From contig JAPSGB010000031.1 in NCBI GenBank assembly GCA_035063585.1, positions 1-54,425 on the forward strand: 54,425 nt of DNA, written 5' to 3'. The position numbers and the translations under genes are program-made. This DNA comes from Polyangiaceae bacterium (GTDB taxonomy: Bacteria; Myxococcota_A; Polyangia; Polyangiales; Polyangiaceae). This document shows positions 49,122-54,425 of this stretch, in pieces. Numbering within the stretch: position 1 is the stretch's first letter; every line of letters starts with the position of its first letter. The notes under the pieces were generated by a model. That model ran no database searches and had not been told where the DNA came from. It was given only the letters and a program-made list of their open reading frames with translations.

Positions 49122-50396
49122 ATGAACGAGCCATCACCCCCCCACGCGCCCGCGCTCACCGCCACCTCGGGGCGAGAGCGCAAGCCGAACCGTCGCCGTA
49201 CGCTCGAGCGGCTTGTCAAGCGGGGCGTGCTTCTAGTCTTCGTCGGCGTGGTCGCCGCGCTGGTGGTGATGGCCATGCTGCCCAAGCCGGTGCCGGTCGA
49301 TGTCTCGCCGGCGACACGCGGACCGCTGAAGGTGACGGTCGACGAGGACGGCACCGCCCGCGTCAAGGATCGCTACCTCGTCTCGGCGCCACTCGGAGGC
49401 AGACTGGCGCGCCTCGAACACGAGCCCGGCGATTCGGTGAAGCAGGACGACGTGCTCGCGCGCATCGTGCCCGTCGAGCCCGCGTTACTCGACGAGCGCA
49501 CGCGGAGCGCGGCCGAGGCGCGCGTCTCGTCGGCGCTCGCCGCGCAGCGCCAGGCGGGGGCGATGGTCGAGCGCGCGAAGGCGAACCTGGAGTTCACCCA
49601 GAAGGACTCCGAGCGCCAGAAGTCCCTGGTCGAGCGCGGCGCCATCGGCCACGCGCAGCTCGACGAGAGCGAACTGCGCGAGCGCACCGCGAGTGCCGAC
49701 GTCGCGTCGGCCAAGTTCGGCGCGCTCATCGCGGACTACGAGGTTGAGATGGCGAGAGCCGCCCTCGGCCGGCTCTCGCGCAAGGCAAGACCCGGCGCGG
49801 AGGATCAACTCCTCGTCCCCTCTCCCATCTCGGGTCGGGTGCTCAACGTCCATCACAAGAGCGAGGGCGTGTTGGCGGCGGGCACGCCGCTGCTCGAGCT
49901 CGGCGACCCGAGCGCGATCGAACTCGTGGTCGACGTCCTCACTAGCGACGCGGTCAGCCTGCGCCCCGGCGCCACCGCCAGCATCGAGGAGTGGGGCGGG
50001 CCCCCGCTCGCCGCGCACGTGCGGATCATCGAGCCATCGGCGTTCACCCGGCTGTCCGGGCTCGGGGTCGAAGAGCAACGCGTCAACGTCGTGCTCGAGC
50101 TCGACGGGCGACGCGACGCTTGGGCTGCGCTCGGCGACGGCTACCGCATCAAGGCGAAGATCGTCACCCACGAGAAGCTCGATGCCCTGCGGGTGCCAGC
50201 GAGCGCGGTGTTCCGTCATGAGGAAGGCTGGGCGGTGTTCGTGGTGACGGGCGACACCGCGCGCCTGACGTCGGTGACGCTCGGGCTCCGCACCATGCGC
50301 GAGGTCGAAATCGAGGCTGGCCTCGCGCTCGGCGCGCGCGTCGTGCTCCACCCGAGCGATCGCGTCCGCGACGGGGTGAAGGTGACGGTCCGATGA
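49122..50396 (+). CDS. HlyD/RND-type periplasmic adaptor
   Basis: TM, VSAPLGG, coiled coil, SPISGRVL, SGLGVEEQRVNV and VPASAVFR. Confidence 0.93.
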   Translation: MNEPSPPHAPALTATSGRERKPNRRRTLERLVKRGVLLVFVGVVAALVVMAMLPKPVPVDVSPATRGPLKVTVDEDGTARVKDRYLVSAPLGGRLARLEHEPGDSVKQDDVLARIVPVEPALLDERTRSAAEARVSSALAAQRQAGAMVERAKANLEFTQKDSERQKSLVERGAIGHAQLDESELRERTASADVASAKFGALIADYEVEMARAALGRLSRKARPGAEDQLLVPSPISGRVLNVHHKSEGVLAAGTPLLELGDPSAIELVVDVLTSDAVSLRPGATASIEEWGGPPLAAHVRIIEPSAFTRLSGLGVEEQRVNVVLELDGRRDAWAALGDGYRIKAKIVTHEKLDALRVPASAVFRHEEGWAVFVVTGDTARLTSVTLGLRTMREVEIEAGLALGARVVLHPSDRVRDGVKVTVR

Positions 50397-50516
50397 CGCG
50401 CGCGCTCGCTCACGAGCGCCTGGGGGCGAGGGTGGGTGGTCGGTCCGGCGCGAATCAGCGAGGGGCGCTTCGCGTTGTCGCGCACGCGCGAGGCGCGGTA
50501 TCGTCGGCGATACACC

Positions 50517-51422
50517 ATGCGGACTTGCACGAAAAATCACCTGGCCGGCCTCTTTGCCCTCCTCACGCTCGCGGGCTGCGGCGAAGCGGAGCCGGCGGTC
50601 GAGCCCGGCCCGATCGACGTGCGGGTCATGTCCTTCAACGTGCTCTGTTCGTTCTGCGACAAGAGCTACGATCCCTGGGCGGAGCGCGTGCCCTACATCG
50701 CGGACATCCTCACGCGGCACGATCCGGATCTAGTGGGCCTCGAGGAGCTCACGACGGGCGACGAGGTGCGCGAGATCACGGCGCTCGTGCCCGGCTACGA
50801 CGCCGTCTTCCTCGAAGATCCGGACGCGCCGCTCTTCAAGGAGTACGGGGACGCGACCGTGCTCGTGCGCTCGTCCAAGTTCCGGATCCTCGCGCATGGC
50901 TCGTATTTCCTCTCGGCAACCCCGGATCAGAACTGGTCATCCGGCTGGGCCGGCGCGCAGCTCTGGCGGATCGTGACCTGGGTTCACCTGCGGCAGCGCT
51001 CGGACGGGCGCGAGCTGTTTTTCGCCGCGACGCATTTCGACAACAACACGCCGAACCAAGAGAAGAGCGCGCCGCTGCTGCTCGAGCGGACGGAGCCCTG
51101 GGCGAAGCGCATGCCGGCGCTCGCGGTCGGGGATTTCAACTCGACGCCGGACTCCGAGGCGTATCGGCTCCTCACGAGCGGCGCGACCGAGGGCGGCCTC
51201 GCGCTCGCGAACACCTTCGACGCGGCCGTGACCTTCGAGCAGGTGCACAACCAACCCGCGACGCCCGCGTGGGACTCCGGAGAGCGTATCGACCACATCT
51301 TCGCCGCGAGCCCCGAGCCCTGGTCCTGCGCGAGGTGGGCGGTCGACCAGACCGTGTACGGGCCGTCGAAGAAATACCCGTCCGACCACTTCCCGATCAC
51401 GGCGGACGTGACACTCGAGTGA
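50517..51422 (+). CDS. Endonuclease/exonuclease/phosphatase (EEP) family lipoprotein
   Basis: Lipobox LAGC; VMSFNV, PDLVGLEE, THFD, GDFNS, RIDHIF and PSDHFPI. Start at ATG 50517. Confidence 0.93.
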   Translation: MRTCTKNHLAGLFALLTLAGCGEAEPAVEPGPIDVRVMSFNVLCSFCDKSYDPWAERVPYIADILTRHDPDLVGLEELTTGDEVREITALVPGYDAVFLEDPDAPLFKEYGDATVLVRSSKFRILAHGSYFLSATPDQNWSSGWAGAQLWRIVTWVHLRQRSDGRELFFAATHFDNNTPNQEKSAPLLLERTEPWAKRMPALAVGDFNSTPDSEAYRLLTSGATEGGLALANTFDAAVTFEQVHNQPATPAWDSGERIDHIFAASPEPWSCARWAVDQTVYGPSKKYPSDHFPITADVTLE

Positions 51423-51463
51423 GCGAGCGCAGCGCGCTACGTGCGAGGGCGCGCCGCGCGGCG
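51250..51463 (+). repeat. Left copy of a 214-bp inverted duplication (EEP 3' end plus downstream 41 bp)
   Basis: Reverse complement matches 54045..54258 with 10 substitutions by manual count and no gaps. Confidence 0.95.
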
Positions 51464-51721
51464 GCGCGCGCGGAGCGCGGGCAGGAGCGTGACCGCGGAC
51501 GGGGCGAGGGCGAGCAAGCGGAGGGGGGAGCCGACCATGCCGAACGCGAGCGACGCGTAGGTCGAGAAGCGCGCCGAGAGGAAGATGCCGGAACCAGACG
51601 GGTCGTGACCGGCTGGGTCGGCGTGCAGTTCGACGCGCCCGTCACCGGCGGCGGCGGCGATGAACTGGACGCCGAGCGGGCCGAGGCCGACGACGAGGAC
51701 GGCGAGGCAGGCGAGTGCCAT
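51437..51721 (-). pseudogene. Probable truncated NfeD-like membrane protein fragment
   Basis: Hydrophobic N-terminus, His/Asp linker and GIFLSARFSTYASLAFGMVG, then the frame runs into the inverted-repeat boundary. Family call rests on recalled similarity only. Confidence 0.35.
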
Positions 51722-51784
51722 GGCCGGCGCTGAGCATTTCACCCCCGCTCACGCCGCCGCCCACGTCGTCGGTCGGCTCGCGTG

Positions 51785-53149
51785 TCAGTGGAGGAGCGTC
51801 GTCACCTTGCCGTCGGTGTCGAGGAAGACGAGGTCGGGCGTGCCGTTGCCGTTCACGTCTCCGATGGTGGCGTCGCTGATCACGAGGCCCCCTGCGACGA
51901 CGTATTCCCAGATCGGGCCGAGGGTGCCGTCGCCGTTGCCGTGCGCGATATAGACGCTGCCGATCCCCACGACGTTGTTGTTGTAGTTCCCTCCGGTGCG
52001 CGCGACGACGACGTCGAGCTTGCCGTCGCCGTCGAAGTCGATGACGCGTGGGGCGCCGCTCCCCCCCGGCTCGTAGCGCACGGCGGGCAGATGAGTGCCG
52101 TTCGCGCGCGTCGTGATGACGTCGATGTGAAAGCCTTGATCGAAGGCGTCCGCGACGATGTCCTGATGCCCGTCACCGTCGAGATCGCCGAAGCCGAACA
52201 CGGCGGTCGCGTTGACGAGAGGGAGCACAACCCCATTCCCACCGGAGCTGAACACCCCGGCGCCGTCGTTGGTGCCGACGTAGAGCGCGGTCCCGGCTCC
52301 CCAGGCGAGGTCGATATCGCCGTCGCCATCGACGTCCGCGGCGGTCATGAAGCCGGTCCCGGCCGAGCTGGTCAGCCCCGTCGGCGGGACGAAGTTCACC
52401 GTGCCGGTGTTGAGCGCGAAAAATGGCCCGACTCCGCTCGCCACGCCCATGTCCAAGAACCCGTCACCGTTCAGGTCCGCCGGGGTGAGTCGACCTACGC
52501 CGTTCGCCAGGCCCACCTCGACGGGGTCCTTGAAGAGACCGTTGCCGAGGCCGAGCGCTATGTATTGCTTGGCTCCGACGCCGTCTGAATAGAGGAGCAG
52601 GTCTTGGTGCCCGTCCTTGTCGAAATCGCTCGCGACGATGTCCGCTTGCGGCCAGGTCCCGGGCACGGTCGTCTCGTAGATGAAGCCGCCCACGCCGTCG
52701 CCGAGCGCGATGATCGCGCCGTCCTTGGACGAAATGTCTCGACCGGCCACGGCGAGGTCGGCCCTGCCGTCTTCGTCGAAGTCGGCGAGCGCTTTCCCTT
52801 GCAAGTAGTCTCCGAGCTTGGCCGTGCCGCGCACGACGTACAGGCCGGGCCCGCCGCCGTCGGGGGACTGATACGGCGCGTCGATGGCAACGACGTCGCT
52901 CACGGCGTCGGCCGCGTCGGAGGCGTCCTGGTCGCCGCCATCCGAAGCGTCCGAACCCGCGTCGTCCGGTAGGTCGCCATCGACGGAGACGTCGGACGTG
53001 GCGTCCGCGGCGTCGGTGTCGGCGTCGGTGGAGGCGTCGCGCGCGGCGACCTTGCTCGTCGTCTCATCCTCGCACCCGGCAATCGCCACGCACCCCAGGG
53101 CGACGACACCCAGTAAGCTCGCGAGCCGCAAGAAGCGCATTTTCTTCAT
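51785..53149 (-). CDS. FG-GAP/VCBS repeat lipoprotein (beta-propeller)
   Basis: IAGC lipobox, Asp/Ala linker and seven repeats (DFDEDGRADL, DFDKDGHQDL, DLNGDGFLDM, DVDGDGDIDL, DLDGDGHQDI, DFDGDGKLDV, DVNGNGTPDL). Confidence 0.92.
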   Translation of the reverse strand: MKKMRFLRLASLLGVVALGCVAIAGCEDETTSKVAARDASTDADTDAADATSDVSVDGDLPDDAGSDASDGGDQDASDAADAVSDVVAIDAPYQSPDGGGPGLYVVRGTAKLGDYLQGKALADFDEDGRADLAVAGRDISSKDGAIIALGDGVGGFIYETTVPGTWPQADIVASDFDKDGHQDLLLYSDGVGAKQYIALGLGNGLFKDPVEVGLANGVGRLTPADLNGDGFLDMGVASGVGPFFALNTGTVNFVPPTGLTSSAGTGFMTAADVDGDGDIDLAWGAGTALYVGTNDGAGVFSSGGNGVVLPLVNATAVFGFGDLDGDGHQDIVADAFDQGFHIDVITTRANGTHLPAVRYEPGGSGAPRVIDFDGDGKLDVVVARTGGNYNNNVVGIGSVYIAHGNGDGTLGPIWEYVVAGGLVISDATIGDVNGNGTPDLVFLDTDGKVTTLLH

Positions 53150-53382
53150 TGATTGTCTCCTATGTTCCCCCGAAAGCGGACGAGCCCTGCATCACGAAGG
53201 GTCGGGCGAAGGGGGCGCCGAAGGCCGTGCATCAGGCTGCGACTCACCGCGACGCTCACCTCGCGGCAACGAACATGACCGGACGGAACGTCTGCATCAA
53301 GGCCCCAGTTGTTTACGTAAATGGACCGCGAGCCGTGTCGCGGTCGCGGCGTCCAGCCTCGCCGCTCGCGGGCCCCCGTGCC

Positions 53383-53769
53383 AACCCGCACCTGCACGTC
53401 GTCTTCCTCGACGGCACCTACGTCGAGCGCGACGGCGAGCTCGTGTGGACGCCGCGCGGCCACCTGAAGACGAGCGAGGTCGGCGACGTGCTGGAGCAGG
53501 CGCTTCGCCGCATCGACAAGCACCTTCGCCGCCACGGCCTGCTCGAACGCGATGAAGACGGCGACGGCGACGGCGTCGACCCCAAGCTCGCCCTCGCCAC
53601 CTCGGCCGTCTCGGGCCAGGTTCCCCCCGCCTGCCCGCCGTGGACGCGCGGCCTCGTGCCGCTCGCGCCGCACCCCCTCACGTACGACACCCCCCTCCGC
53701 GCCTCGCTCGACGGCTTCACGCTGCACGCCGCCACGCGCGCCGGCGCGCTCGACCTTCGAGGGCGTGAA
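53383..53769 (+). mobile_element. IS91-like (Y2/HUH) transposase internal fragment
   Basis: NPHLHVVFLDG (HUH motif) and DGFTLHAATRAGA; lacks the N-terminal region and stops before the catalytic Tyr region. Confidence 0.8.
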
Positions 53770-54025
53770 ATCACCGCCAAGACGGTCACCAGACACGGGC
53801 CGCTCCCACCGGACCCCGACTCGTGACCGCTTCGAGCTCTGCGGCGCGCAGCCCTCGAGCCGCGCGTCGCGCGTCGCGTCGCGCGCCGCCCCGACCGCCG
53901 CCCAACTCCGCGACTTGCTACCGAGCGAACGCCAAACACGTCCGCGCTGGCAGCCGCGTCTCGGAAATCAGCACCAGGACGGTCACCAGACACGGGCCGC
54001 TCCCACCGGACCCCGACTCGTGACC
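53767..54025 (+). repeat. 62-bp direct repeat, two copies (53767..53828 and 53964..54025)
   Basis: 48-bp identical core GACGGTCACCAGACACGGGCCGCTCCCACCGGACCCCGACTCGTGACC plus a shared GAAATCA lead; period 197 bp. Confidence 0.93.
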
Positions 54026-54044
54026 CGTCTCGGGCTCTGCCGCG

Positions 54045-54258
54045 CGCCGCACGGCGCGCCCTCGCACGTAGCGCGCGGCGCTCGCTCACTCGAGCGTCAC
54101 GTCCGCCGCGATCGGATAGTGGTCGGACGGGTATTTCTTCGACGACCCGTACACGGTCTGGTCGACCGCCCACCTCACGCACGACCCGGGCTCGGGGCTC
54201 GCGGCGAAGATGTGGTCGATACGCTCTCCGGAGTCCCACGCGGGCGTCGCGGGTTGGT
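54045..54258 (-). pseudogene. Inverted partial copy of the EEP gene 3' end
   Basis: Translates to QPATPAWDSGERIDHIFAASPEPGSCVRWAVDQTVYGSSKKYPSDHYPIAADVTLE*; no 5' part. Confidence 0.9.
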
Positions 54259-54261
54259 GGG

Positions 54262-54425
54262 GCCAAGGCCTGGGTGGCGAAGTTCGCCGACTGGTACAAC
54301 AACTAGCACCGGCACAGCGGCCTCAACTTCGTGACGCCCAACCAGCGCCACCAGGGCCTCGACGCTACCGTCCTGGGCGCCCGCGACGCGGTCTATCGCC
54401 GTGCCCGTCGAGCCCACCCCGAGCG
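54262..54425 (+). mobile_element. IS3-family transposase C-terminal fragment with internal stop
   Basis: AKAWVAKFADWYNN*HRHSGLNFVTPNQRHQGLDATVLGARDAVYRRARRAHPE; TAG at 54304..54306; runs off the window. Confidence 0.85.

Noticed and set aside
53300..53330. dif-like Xer site around TTTACGTAAAT
   Set aside because: Resembles a XerD arm, but no XerC arm lies 6 bp away on either strand.
53149..53826. Intact 225-aa transposase as given in the ORF track
   Set aside because: Only 53383..53769 resembles a transposase; the flanks are read-through of non-coding and repeat DNA.
53767..54025. CRISPR array
   Set aside because: Only two repeats, 62 bp long with a 135-bp spacer, and no cas genes.
51250..54258. 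Diversity-generating retroelement TR/VR pair
   Set aside because: The 10 differences are not adenine-specific in either copy, and no reverse transcriptase is present in the window.

Overview
Very GC-rich bacterial chromosome segment whose gene content (MglA-type GTPase, eukaryotic-like kinases, Cys/Gly-rich lipoproteins, TSP3-OmpA) points to Myxococcota, probably Polyangiales; the taxon is inferred. Most of it is core or semi-core. Left to right: a TetR gene with a double operator, PPi-type PFK, and a moxR-DUF58-batABCDE cluster split by an antisense class 3 FBPase; mscL with a C-terminal Zn-ribbon; two degenerate kinases and one intact kinase carrying GYF-like, DUF4388 and MshEN-like modules; a divergent RNase HII-like gene, MATE, an orphan MglA paralogue, a UshA-like/multiheme cytochrome fusion and MlaD; rpmG back-to-back with rpmH-rnpA-yidD-yidC-jag, with no dnaA or mnmE alongside; a CesT/YbjN-PspA-secreted protein operon; and a MacAB-like ABC set. 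The last ~3 kb is a rearranged mosaic in which a 214-bp inverted duplicate of the 3' end of an EEP gene brackets an FG-GAP lipoprotein gene, an IS91-like remnant and a 62-bp direct repeat, followed by a dead IS3 fragment. No rRNA, tRNA or CRISPR array was seen. All family calls come from reading motifs by eye, not from database searches.
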